A stretch of 64,000 nucleotides of DNA from contig WJIZ01000041.1 of NCBI GenBank assembly GCA_014729995.1, positions 10,584 through 74,583 of the forward strand. The letters are read 5' to 3'. This stretch comes from Candidatus Woesearchaeota archaeon (GTDB lineage: Archaea > Nanobdellota > Nanobdellia > Woesearchaeales > WJIZ01). The notes under the pieces were generated by a model. It saw only the letters and a list, made by a program, of their open reading frames with translations, was not told where the DNA came from and made no database searches. Positions 8,469 through 17,391 of the stretch are shown here, piece after piece. The translations under genes were made by a program, and so were the position numbers. Each line of letters begins with the position of its first letter. Positions within the stretch are counted from its first letter, which is position 1.

Positions 8469-9461
8469 ATGGAAAAATTTGATGTAGTTATAGTCGGCGC
8501 AGGCCCCGCAGGCCTGAAAGCAGCAGAAGTTCTTGCAAAAAATAAGAAAAAAGTCATAGTTCTTGAAAAAAACAAAGTAATAGGTCCCAAGGTATGTGCT
8601 GCAGGCATAACAGAGAAAGACCTGAAATACATACCAAAAAGGCTTATTGAAAGATTTTTTAATTCCTTCCTGGTAAACAACAAGCTCAGAATAAAATACA
8701 ATTTATTTACAATAGAAAGGGAAAAACTGGGCAGGTATCAGCTCAGGCAGGCAAGACAATCAGGCGCAAAAATTCTTAAAGATACTTTTGTTAGGGAAAT
8801 CTCGCAAAAATATGTAGAAACAAGCAAAGGCAGATTTTATTTTAATTATCTTATAGGGGCTGATGGCAGCAATTCGAAAGTGAGAAGTTTTCTGAAATTA
8901 AAATCTGAAGTGTGCTGCCTTGCGATACAGTATAAGATAAATAAAGTGGAAAAAGACATTAAGGTCTTTTTTGATCCTGCGCAGTATTCTTTATGGTACT
9001 TGTGGGTATTCCCGCACAAGGACTATACATATATAGGAGTAGGAGCTTCGATAGGCATGCATATCCATCTGAGAAAGAAATTAGACAGCTTCATGCAGGA
9101 AGAAAACTACAGTGCATCAGACTTTGAAGCTGCATTGATAAATGTCGATTACAGGGGCTATAAGTTCAATAATATTTATCTTGTTGGCGATGCAGCAGGA
9201 TTTGCCAATCCTCTAACCGGCGAAGGAATTTACCAGGCTCTAGTCAGCGGAGAAGAAATAGCAAAAAAGATACTTATTCCAGAATATCATAGCAGAAAAT
9301 TAACAAAAATCATAGCTACAAACAAAAAGCTAAGCAATATAATCGGTTTATTCAAAAATCAACCAAGACTTTTTAAACTTATCTACATGCTCATTTCTAA
9401 ACTAAAAAAGTCTAAGCTCTTACAGAGACATGCAATCGATTTTTTACAATATGAAAAATAA
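8469..9461 (+). CDS. Geranylgeranyl reductase family FAD oxidoreductase
   Basis: DVVIVGAGPAG, KVCAAG, GADG, YLWVFP and VGDAAGFANPLTGEGIYQA motifs. Confidence 0.85.
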   Translation: MEKFDVVIVGAGPAGLKAAEVLAKNKKKVIVLEKNKVIGPKVCAAGITEKDLKYIPKRLIERFFNSFLVNNKLRIKYNLFTIEREKLGRYQLRQARQSGAKILKDTFVREISQKYVETSKGRFYFNYLIGADGSNSKVRSFLKLKSEVCCLAIQYKINKVEKDIKVFFDPAQYSLWYLWVFPHKDYTYIGVGASIGMHIHLRKKLDSFMQEENYSASDFEAALINVDYRGYKFNNIYLVGDAAGFANPLTGEGIYQALVSGEEIAKKILIPEYHSRKLTKIIATNKKLSNIIGLFKNQPRLFKLIYMLISKLKKSKLLQRHAIDFLQYEK

Positions 9462-10458
9462 AGAATTAAGCGAATGCTGGAATATCTTGCCGAAAGTTTC
9501 TAGAAGCTTCTCTTTATGCATAAAACTACTGCCTCATCCCTTGGATGATCGGATGATGCTTTCTTATCTTATCTTCCGGATTGTGGATACAATAGAGGAT
9601 TCTGAAATAAAAAAACAGCAAAAAAAAAGATTATTTGATCTTTTTCTGGATACTCTCTCGCAGCCCCGCTTTCTTTCATATCAGTCAAAGAAATGCAGCT
9701 CTGCGCTTCTTCAGAATCTCACCTATTCATACGAGGAGATACTATTAAGAAATCTTGATGCAGTATTAAAAGTATATTTTGCCACTCCCGAAAAAGAGAG
9801 AACCTCAATCCTCAGGAGGGCAAAAGAAATGGCTGAAGGAATGTATAAATTCCAGACAAAAACGATCAATACCTTTGATGAACAGAATGAATACTGCTAT
9901 TATGCCGCGGGTCTTGTCGGATATTTATTTAACGACTTATTCTTTTATAATAACATACTCAGCAAAAAGCAAGCAGGCCGCCTGATAGAGCATGCTAAAA
10001 GATATGGATTAGCATTGCAGAAAGTGAATATAATAAGGGATATCGTAAACGATGCTCCAGATAGAAAATATTGGCCGATAAAACTGCTCAAAAAGTATAA
10101 TTTGGATTATAAAAGCCTTCTTCTCACAAAAAACAGGAAGAAAGCAGTAAATGTCCTTAATGAAATGATTAAGGATGCCTTGCCTTTCTTGGACAGCGGC
10201 ATTGATTATGTTAAGGCTTTGCCCAGAAATGCCTTGAAAGTCAGGGTTTTTTGTCTTATCCCTTTATTTATGGCAGTACAGAACTTTGTCAAATGTATTA
10301 ACAACAGGAATGTCTTTGAAAAAAAAGTAAAGCTTACCAGGCCTTCGGTGGCTGCAATAGTAAGAAAATCCTATCTCTGTGGGTATTCAAATTTCCTTTT
10401 GGATAAATGGTATAATAAAAATATGAAGAAAGCTAGGGCATCATTTGCTCCTGCTTAA
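9451..10458 (+). CDS. Squalene synthase-like (FDFT1-type) head-to-head prenyl condensing enzyme
   Basis: Flap VSRSF, VDTIED, YCYYAAGLVG, LQKVNIIRD, FCLIPLFMA and VKLTR (similar to VKIRK). Start may be 9430 or 9451. Confidence 0.85.
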   Translation: MKNKELSECWNILPKVSRSFSLCIKLLPHPLDDRMMLSYLIFRIVDTIEDSEIKKQQKKRLFDLFLDTLSQPRFLSYQSKKCSSALLQNLTYSYEEILLRNLDAVLKVYFATPEKERTSILRRAKEMAEGMYKFQTKTINTFDEQNEYCYYAAGLVGYLFNDLFFYNNILSKKQAGRLIEHAKRYGLALQKVNIIRDIVNDAPDRKYWPIKLLKKYNLDYKSLLLTKNRKKAVNVLNEMIKDALPFLDSGIDYVKALPRNALKVRVFCLIPLFMAVQNFVKCINNRNVFEKKVKLTRPSVAAIVRKSYLCGYSNFLLDKWYNKNMKKARASFAPA

Positions 10459-11520
10459 CATAAAATCCGCAAAGCCATAAAAGAATTCAAGCGCTTTCTT
10501 GTTGATCTTCGCATCTTTCAGTTCTCTTTTTCCCTTTTCTATTTTTTTCTTTGCCAAATTCTGCACATACTCCAGCGCTCCTGTTTCTTCCATAGCTTTA
10601 ACAACCTTGTCAATCTGTTCTGAAGAAGCATCCTCCTTTCCCAAGACTTTTTTTATCTCTTCTTGCTGCTCCTCACCAGAATTCTCCAGCGCCTTTATTA
10701 TCAGCAAAGTTCTTTTCCCTTTCCTTATATCCTCGCCATACTTATTTTTATGCTCTTTATTAACAGATAATATATCATCCTGCAGTTGAAAAGCAGATGC
10801 TGCTGATTTCGCATATGAGCTAAGTGCTTTAAGCTCCTTTCCTCTAGCATTTCCTAACTTTGCTCCAATCATAATAGAGCTCAAAAAAAGCTCTCCGGTC
10901 TTTTTCCAGCTCATGCTCATGTAGTCTTTTTCATTTATGTCCCTTCTCTCGAAATAATTGTCCATGATCTGGCCCTCATTCACAATCATATAGCATTCAT
11001 TGTAAATTTCCAGCGCTTCCTTAACGCAGCTCTCTCGGAATTCTGAATCAAGGATACATTCGCAGCCCATGGTGAACAGGATATTGCCGCCGCATATTGC
11101 ATTAGCAACAGCAAACCTGGAAGACTCTTTGCTGAATAATGCTCCTTCATACTGCATTTCCCTGTTTTTATCAATGAAATAGTCTCTGAATTTCTTATGC
11201 ATTGTCGGGCTATCCCTCCTATATTCATCTTCATCCATGACATCATCATGAACTAATGTAGCACTATGCAAAAATTCAACACACAAACCTGCCTTTTTTA
11301 TTCTTCCATCAATTTTTCCGGTAACAGCAAAATATCCCATAATCAAGGCAATTGGCCTGAGCCTTTTCCCGCCGCATAGGACATAATCCTTCATATATGA
11401 ATAGCTTAATCTAATGAATTCATCAGAGCAATTTTTGATTCTACCATCTAAATAAAGATTTAATTCACTGTCAACAATTTTTCTGTATTTTTCCAGCACA
11501 GATTTAAATGACATTTTCAA
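10441..11520 (-). CDS. Polyprenyl diphosphate synthase (IdsA/GGPPS family)
   Basis: GGKRLRP, FARM HDDVMD..EYRR, GQIMD, KT and FQLQDD motifs. Confidence 0.92.
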   Translation of the reverse strand: MKMSFKSVLEKYRKIVDSELNLYLDGRIKNCSDEFIRLSYSYMKDYVLCGGKRLRPIALIMGYFAVTGKIDGRIKKAGLCVEFLHSATLVHDDVMDEDEYRRDSPTMHKKFRDYFIDKNREMQYEGALFSKESSRFAVANAICGGNILFTMGCECILDSEFRESCVKEALEIYNECYMIVNEGQIMDNYFERRDINEKDYMSMSWKKTGELFLSSIMIGAKLGNARGKELKALSSYAKSAASAFQLQDDILSVNKEHKNKYGEDIRKGKRTLLIIKALENSGEEQQEEIKKVLGKEDASSEQIDKVVKAMEETGALEYVQNLAKKKIEKGKRELKDAKINKKALEFFYGFADFMLSRSK

Positions 11521-13135
11521 TACGTTGGACTACTTTGCTGATTATTCTGTCAGGAGTGCTTGCTCCTGCCGTTATACCAATATTTTCCTTGTCAAAAAAC
11601 CATTCGCTCCTTATCTCTTTTTCTGTTTCTATATGCCTTGTTTCGCAGTACTGCGAGCATGTCTCTTTTAGTCTTTTGGTATTGGAGCTTATCTTGCCTC
11701 CTATCACAATCATTATGTGGCTCTTCTTTGCCAGGGCTATAGCACTCTCCTGCCGGTTCTTTGTTGCTGCACAAATAGTATCGATTACTCTAATATCCTT
11801 CCCCCTTTTTTTCAAGGCATTAGAAATTTCACTGAATTTCTCAACAGAGCGAGTAGTCTGAGATACAACAGTTGAGCATTCTAAATCCTGTTTGTCAATA
11901 TTTTGTATATCACTGATTATACTGTAATTATGAAGATTTCCCGCTATTCCCTTGACCTCAGTGTGCTCTTCATCTCCAAAAATCAATATCTTTCTGCCTT
12001 TCTTTTCCTCTTTCTTGGTAATTTCATGCACTTTCTTCACAAGGGGGCAGGTAAGGTCGATAACTTTAAGGCCTTTACTCTTGATATCCTGTATCCTGCT
12101 GTCTTTTATCCCGTGTGCAGTTATGACAATTATGCCTTTGTCAATGCCCCTGTAAGCATCTATCATGCTGACCCCTTGCTCCTCAAGCTCTTTGACAACA
12201 GTGGGATTGTTGATCAGATTGCCCAGAACATAAACTCCTTTAGTCTTATCGAGCTTATTTATTTCATCAATCGCTCTCTTGACCCCAAAACAAAATCCCA
12301 TCTCATGGGCAAGCTCAATTTTTTTATTCAAAGTTGAAGACAGATAAGCTTTGGGATATTTCTGCTTTGCTTTTTCATAAATTTCTTCTGCCTTTTCCTC
12401 TTCTAAAAACAAGCCAAAAACCGAGCTCCCGCTTCCCGTCAATAGAGAATCCGGGCCAAGTTCTTTTCTAATCTTTTCCAAACCGGAATATTTGCTGGAG
12501 CTACTAAATTCAAAATCATTATGCAGATACTGTAAATCATAATCCTTTATGAATTTTTCAGAACTGTTGCTTTTTCCAGTCTTAGAATAATCAAGCGCTG
12601 AATAAGCTTCTTTTGTGCTCACATGAATGCCCGGATAAACCAAAACAGCATAGTGCTTCTCCAAGTCCTTTAGCTTCTCTACTTTCTCTCCCCTGCCTTT
12701 CCCTATGCATGTCCCCCCCAATATATGAAAAGGGACGTCCATGCCTATCTCTTTTCCCAGGCTGGCAAGCTTTTTCTTTGGCAGTTTCAGGCCCCAGAGA
12801 ACATTCAGCCCCTTAAGCACAGCTGCAGCATTGGAACTTCCTCCTGAAAGCCCCGCACCAACAGGAATATTCTTTTTGAGCTTTATCTCAACACCTTTTT
12901 CAACATTGAATTTCGCCTTCAGCAAGGAAGCAGCACGGTAAGCAATATTATCCTCATTCTCTAATTCCCTTGCACTGCATTCAAGCTTAATCCTGTCTGA
13001 ATCCAGCCTAACCAATTCAATCTCATCAAATAGGCTTATCTGCTGGAAAACAGTCTCTATATCATGGAATCCGTCATCCCGCTTTCCCAGTATATCCAGT
13101 GTAAGATTGATTTTAGCGTAGCTTTTAAGTTTCAT
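11504..13135 (-). CDS. ispE-ispH: Fused CDP-ME kinase (IspE) and HMBPP reductase (IspH)
   Basis: N-half has AKINL, IPVGAGLSGGSSNAA and TGSGS. C-half has GFCFGV, TCP, HTEV, TICAAT, SSN and GITAGASTP. Confidence 0.93.
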   Translation of the reverse strand: MKLKSYAKINLTLDILGKRDDGFHDIETVFQQISLFDEIELVRLDSDRIKLECSARELENEDNIAYRAASLLKAKFNVEKGVEIKLKKNIPVGAGLSGGSSNAAAVLKGLNVLWGLKLPKKKLASLGKEIGMDVPFHILGGTCIGKGRGEKVEKLKDLEKHYAVLVYPGIHVSTKEAYSALDYSKTGKSNSSEKFIKDYDLQYLHNDFEFSSSSKYSGLEKIRKELGPDSLLTGSGSSVFGLFLEEEKAEEIYEKAKQKYPKAYLSSTLNKKIELAHEMGFCFGVKRAIDEINKLDKTKGVYVLGNLINNPTVVKELEEQGVSMIDAYRGIDKGIIVITAHGIKDSRIQDIKSKGLKVIDLTCPLVKKVHEITKKEEKKGRKILIFGDEEHTEVKGIAGNLHNYSIISDIQNIDKQDLECSTVVSQTTRSVEKFSEISNALKKRGKDIRVIDTICAATKNRQESAIALAKKSHIMIVIGGKISSNTKRLKETCSQYCETRHIETEKEIRSEWFFDKENIGITAGASTPDRIISKVVQRIENVI

Positions 13136-13184
13136 CCGGAAGAGATATTATAGAATCCTTTTTAATTTTTATTAAAAAGAAAAA

Positions 13185-13373
13185 TTATTTCTTCACATTA
13201 GCTGCCTTTGGTCCCCTATCGCCCTGCTCAACATCAAATTCAACTTCATCATTATCATCCAGTGTAACGCCCTCTGGAAGGGCTGTCTGGTGGACAAAGT
13301 ATTCCTTTCCGTCTTCGCCGGCTATGAAGCCAAAACCCTTCATTCTGTTGAAGAATTTTACATTGCCTTTCAT
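13185..13373 (-). CDS. csp: Cold-shock protein
   Basis: GNVKFFN..KGFGFI (RNP1) and YFVH (RNP2); GGAGG SD. Confidence 0.95.
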   Translation of the reverse strand: MKGNVKFFNRMKGFGFIAGEDGKEYFVHQTALPEGVTLDDNDEVEFDVEQGDRGPKAANVKK

Positions 13374-13463
13374 TTATTTTGCCTCCTGTAATTTTTATCA
13401 GAACTAGTTTACTTAACAGTTACTGATTATAGGGGGATGATATGCTGCCATATATAAATTCTC

Positions 13464-14630
13464 CTATTTTTTATTCAGGCTGACAACACAAAAGCACTGC
13501 ATTCCAAGCCCCTTGCCAAATGCGGAAAGGCCCTCCCCTGTTGTCGCGGTTACCCCTATATTCTCTTCGGAAATATCCAAGATCCCGGCAAGGCTTTCCT
13601 TTATCTTGTCCTCAATAGGCAGTATCCTGGGCCTGCTCCCCTCCAGCATTATCCCTATATTCCCTATAGAATATCCTCTCTCTTTCATTATTTTCAATAT
13701 TACTTTCAAATATTCCCTGCTGTCCTTAATCCCCTTTTCGCACATATCATCTGCATAATGCGAGACGCTTTTCTCACCCAGCCCCTGTGCAACAGCGTTG
13801 AACAATGCATGCAATATAACATCTCCGTCGGAATTGGCTTTGAAGCCTTTCTCGCCTTCAACAGCAAAGCCGCCAAGCGTCAGCTTCTTGTCTTTATCCT
13901 CCTCCTTTACAAACCTGTGGCTGTCTGAGCCGAATCCAATCCTCGAATTCTTGAGCAGTTTATTCGCGAATTCCAAATCATTAGGCAGCGTTATCTTGAT
14001 ATTTTCATAAGGGCATTCAATCATCTTGACCTTTTTACCCAGCCTTTCAACAAGTGAAGTGTCATCCGTACCAATATACTCTTCAGAAAAAGCCTTCTTA
14101 AAAGCCCTGATTGCAGTCCCATACCTTATCGTCTGCGGGGTCTGTACCTGCCACAATTTCTTCCTGTCGATTGTTCGAATAACAAACCCTTTCTCATCAA
14201 CTTCCTTGACAGTATCCCTTGCCTTAAAACCGACAACAGCTGCCTCGTATTTCTTAGCAGCTTCGATTGAGTCAATTATAGTTTTCTCGTCAATAAATGG
14301 GTTTACCCCATTATGAATAACAACGATGTCATCAGCCTTAGCATCTTCCATGGAAATCAGCCCATTATAAACAGAATTCTGCCTTTTCTCCCCTCCCAGA
14401 ACAACTTTTTCCACCTTATTCAATTGATATTTCTTCTTTAAAGCAGCTGTCTCATCTTTATCCTCCTGCCTGGCAACAAGTACGATTTTGTCTATAGCGC
14501 CCGTATCATTAAACACCTTTATTGTGCGGGCCAACACCGGCTCCTCATCCAATAAAAGAAATATTTTGTTCACCTCAGAATTCATCCTCTTGCCGATTCC
14601 GGCTGCAGTTATTAAGGCATAGTTAGTCAT
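13464..14630 (-). CDS. ispDF: Bifunctional IspD/IspF
   Basis: IspD: AAGIGKRM, GGEKRQNSV, QTPQ, TDD, NIKIT. IspF: GFGSDSHR, SDGDVILHA, ATTGE. Confidence 0.93.
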   Translation of the reverse strand: MTNYALITAAGIGKRMNSEVNKIFLLLDEEPVLARTIKVFNDTGAIDKIVLVARQEDKDETAALKKKYQLNKVEKVVLGGEKRQNSVYNGLISMEDAKADDIVVIHNGVNPFIDEKTIIDSIEAAKKYEAAVVGFKARDTVKEVDEKGFVIRTIDRKKLWQVQTPQTIRYGTAIRAFKKAFSEEYIGTDDTSLVERLGKKVKMIECPYENIKITLPNDLEFANKLLKNSRIGFGSDSHRFVKEEDKDKKLTLGGFAVEGEKGFKANSDGDVILHALFNAVAQGLGEKSVSHYADDMCEKGIKDSREYLKVILKIMKERGYSIGNIGIMLEGSRPRILPIEDKIKESLAGILDISEENIGVTATTGEGLSAFGKGLGMQCFCVVSLNKK

Positions 14631-14862
14631 TTTTACCTTCTACCATCTTTTTTATTGCTTCCTCTACTTTAGCGCTCATATTGAAGCCATGATTTCTGCA
14701 AAATTTTCTAAACTTACTTGCAACACCTTTATCCAAGGTGAAATTAAGCCTTTCTTTTGTTCTTATCCTTCCTGTTTTTTCAAACTCTACCAGGGCATCC
14801 AGCATATCTTTATCCTGTTTTGCCACTCTGTCTGCAATTCTCATAAACCTACTTGATGACAT
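14623..14862 (-). CDS. Small ribbon-helix-helix protein (putative antitoxin)
   Basis: KERLNFTLDKGVASKFRKFC...NMSAKVEEAI has the RHH pattern; overlaps both the Doc-like gene and ispDF. Confidence 0.6.
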   Translation of the reverse strand: MSSSRFMRIADRVAKQDKDMLDALVEFEKTGRIRTKERLNFTLDKGVASKFRKFCRNHGFNMSAKVEEAIKKMVEGKND

Positions 14863-15193
14863 TTTTTATTTTCTCTTCTATTCTTTTTATGCTTTTTATT
14901 CTGTTTGTAGCAATATCAGCAACTAGCTTAACTACTTTATCTTTGTAAGCTTCATACCCTTCATATTCAATATAAGACTTAATCAACAATGCAGTTGTTC
15001 TTTTATTGCCGTCCTCGAAAACATGATCTAAATTTATAGCCCTGACCGCATAGGCTAATGCCTTAATCCAATTTTCTGTTCTTCTGGCGTAACTCAATGC
15101 AAAATCCAGGCTTTGCTCATTCCTAAAGCAAGTGTGCTCTTTAATTTTCTGGTTTAATGCAAAAATGTCTTTCTTTGTAAGGGTAAATTTCAT
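14849..15193 (-). CDS. Fic/Doc family protein (Doc-like toxin)
   Basis: HVFEDGNKRT matches the Doc motif HxFx(D/N)(A/G)NKR; 114 aa. Confidence 0.85.
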   Translation of the reverse strand: MKFTLTKKDIFALNQKIKEHTCFRNEQSLDFALSYARRTENWIKALAYAVRAINLDHVFEDGNKRTTALLIKSYIEYEGYEAYKDKVVKLVADIATNRIKSIKRIEEKIKNVIK

Positions 15194-15221
15194 TTAAGTG
15201 TGTATAAATGTGTATTGATAT

Positions 15222-16352
15222 TTAAATTTTTCCTATATCCTTGACTTTTACTTTTCTGTTAATTTCCAATATCTCATCCAGCCCAGGATTTTTAATAATT
15301 TTATGTTCATCCATCGCTTCTTTAACCAATCTGGGAATATCCATAAATCCTATCTTGCCTTCCAGAAAGGCGCCGACAGCTATCTCATTTGCAGCATTCA
15401 TCACAGCAGGCATGCTCCCTCCCGTCTTGCCTGCAGAATAAGCATAAGAAAGACAGGGAAAACGAGATAAATCAGGCTTGGAAAAATTCAACTCACCTAC
15501 TTCAACCAGATCTAAACTCTTCAGATTATTAGATAAACGAAAAGGATGCGACAAAGCATATTGTATCGGAATCTTCATGTCAGGCCAGCCAAGCTGCGCT
15601 TTAACAGAAGTATCCTTAAACTCAACAAGTGAATGTATTATCGACTGAGGATGTATGACAACATCAATATTATCATAAGCAACACCAAAAAGATAGTGCG
15701 CCTCAATCACTTCAAGGCCCTTATTCATCAAACTAGCAGAGTCAATAGTTATCTTAGCCCCCATATTCCAGTTAGGGTGCTTAAGTGCATCAGCAGCTTT
15801 TAAGTTATTTATCTCCTCAATGCTTTTGTCCCTGAAAGCACCGCCTGAGCATGTAATAATCAATTTTTTAACATCCTCTTTCCTTTCTCCGTTCAGGCAT
15901 TGGAATATTGCACTATGTTCAGAATCAATAGGCTTCAGCTCTGCATTATTCTTCTCAACCAGCTCCATAACTATATCTCCTGCTGTTACTAAAGTCTCTT
16001 TATTCGCCAAAGCAATATTCTTCTTTGCCTTGATAGCTTCAACAGTCGGCTTTACTCCAATGCTTCCAACGAGAGAATTCAGAATAGTATCCGTGCTTTC
16101 CAGCTTAGCCAGTTTAATCAATCCATCCATGCCCGAATAAACAGGAATATCTAATGATACAGAATCAGCTTTATCTTTATCATAAACGCAGGCTGCTTCC
16201 GGCTTAAATTCCCCTATTTGTTTTTTTAATAAGGAAATATTGGAATTGCAAGCCAGTCCTTTAACCTTAAACTCAGAAGGATTATTTCTAATAACTTCCA
16301 GCGCCTGCGTTCCTATGCTTCCGGTGCTGCCTAAAATTGAAATATTCTTCAT
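15222..16352 (-). CDS. dxr: 1-deoxy-D-xylulose 5-phosphate reductoisomerase
   Basis: LGSTGSIG, LANKETLV, DSEH and HPNWNMGAKITIDSA motifs. Confidence 0.97.
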   Translation of the reverse strand: MKNISILGSTGSIGTQALEVIRNNPSEFKVKGLACNSNISLLKKQIGEFKPEAACVYDKDKADSVSLDIPVYSGMDGLIKLAKLESTDTILNSLVGSIGVKPTVEAIKAKKNIALANKETLVTAGDIVMELVEKNNAELKPIDSEHSAIFQCLNGERKEDVKKLIITCSGGAFRDKSIEEINNLKAADALKHPNWNMGAKITIDSASLMNKGLEVIEAHYLFGVAYDNIDVVIHPQSIIHSLVEFKDTSVKAQLGWPDMKIPIQYALSHPFRLSNNLKSLDLVEVGELNFSKPDLSRFPCLSYAYSAGKTGGSMPAVMNAANEIAVGAFLEGKIGFMDIPRLVKEAMDEHKIIKNPGLDEILEINRKVKVKDIGKI

Positions 16353-17386
16353 TTCATAATCTCCTTCAAAACCCTATCAACAACCTTATCCTTCCCAATC
16401 TTTCCTTTCTTCTCCCTATCAATATAGAGCAAAGCCCCATCCTTCCCCCCAACAACTCCAATATCAGATTCCTTAGCCTCTCCGGGCCCGTTAACAGCGC
16501 AGCCCATGACAGCAACTTTAACAGCTTTCTTAACATTGGCAGTTTTTCTTTCAATCTCCTCACATATAGAGGCAACGTCAATGTTAGACCTTGCGCAGGT
16601 CGGGCACGCAGTAACTTTAACTCCTCCTTGCCGCAAATCAAGGGCCTCTAAGATTTTCCAGCCCGCTTTTACTTCCTCTACAGGATCGCCGGAAAGCGAA
16701 ACCCGGATAGTATTCCCAATTCCCTCTTCAAGCAGGATTCCAATTCCAACAGCATTTTTGATTGTTCCGGTATAAACGCTTCCCGCTTCAGTAACTCCCA
16801 GATGCAGGGGATAGCTAAACCTTTTAGCAAAAATCCTGTTTGCCTCTATCATCTTATGCACATCACTTGCCTTTAGAGAAACAATAATATCAAAGAAATC
16901 ATTATCTTCTAATATCCTGATGTGGCGCGAAGCACTTTCCACCATGGCGCTGGCGGTTAACCCCAATTTTGCCTCAATATCCTTTTCAAGGCTTCCTAAA
17001 TTAACCCCTATGCGAATTGGAATCCTCCTTTCTTTGCAGGCCTTGGCAACTTCTTTTATCTTTTCCCTGCTCCCAATATTCCCTGGATTTATCCTTAACT
17101 TATCAGCATGCATGGCAGCTTCCAAGGCTATCCTGTAATCAAAATGCACATCTGCAGCCAGGGGGATATTTATCCCTTTCTTAATCTCCTTTAACGCTTT
17201 GGCGCTCTCCATATCCGGGGCCGAAACCCTTACAAGCTCGCATCCTGCTTTCTCAAGAGAACGAATCTGCCTTACAGTCGCTCCGGTATCCTTAGTATCT
17301 GTGTTTGTCATGCTCTGTACACTAATGGGAGCATTTCCCCCAATATGCATACTGCCAACTTTGATTTTTTTTGTTTTCATAGGCAA
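16349..17386 (-). CDS. ispG: HMBPP synthase
   Basis: ISVQSMTNT, RINPGN, HLGVTEAG, CPTCAR and MGCAVNGPGE motifs. Confidence 0.97.
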   Translation of the reverse strand: MPMKTKKIKVGSMHIGGNAPISVQSMTNTDTKDTGATVRQIRSLEKAGCELVRVSAPDMESAKALKEIKKGINIPLAADVHFDYRIALEAAMHADKLRINPGNIGSREKIKEVAKACKERRIPIRIGVNLGSLEKDIEAKLGLTASAMVESASRHIRILEDNDFFDIIVSLKASDVHKMIEANRIFAKRFSYPLHLGVTEAGSVYTGTIKNAVGIGILLEEGIGNTIRVSLSGDPVEEVKAGWKILEALDLRQGGVKVTACPTCARSNIDVASICEEIERKTANVKKAVKVAVMGCAVNGPGEAKESDIGVVGGKDGALLYIDREKKGKIGKDKVVDRVLKEIMK

Positions 17387-17391
17387 GCTTT

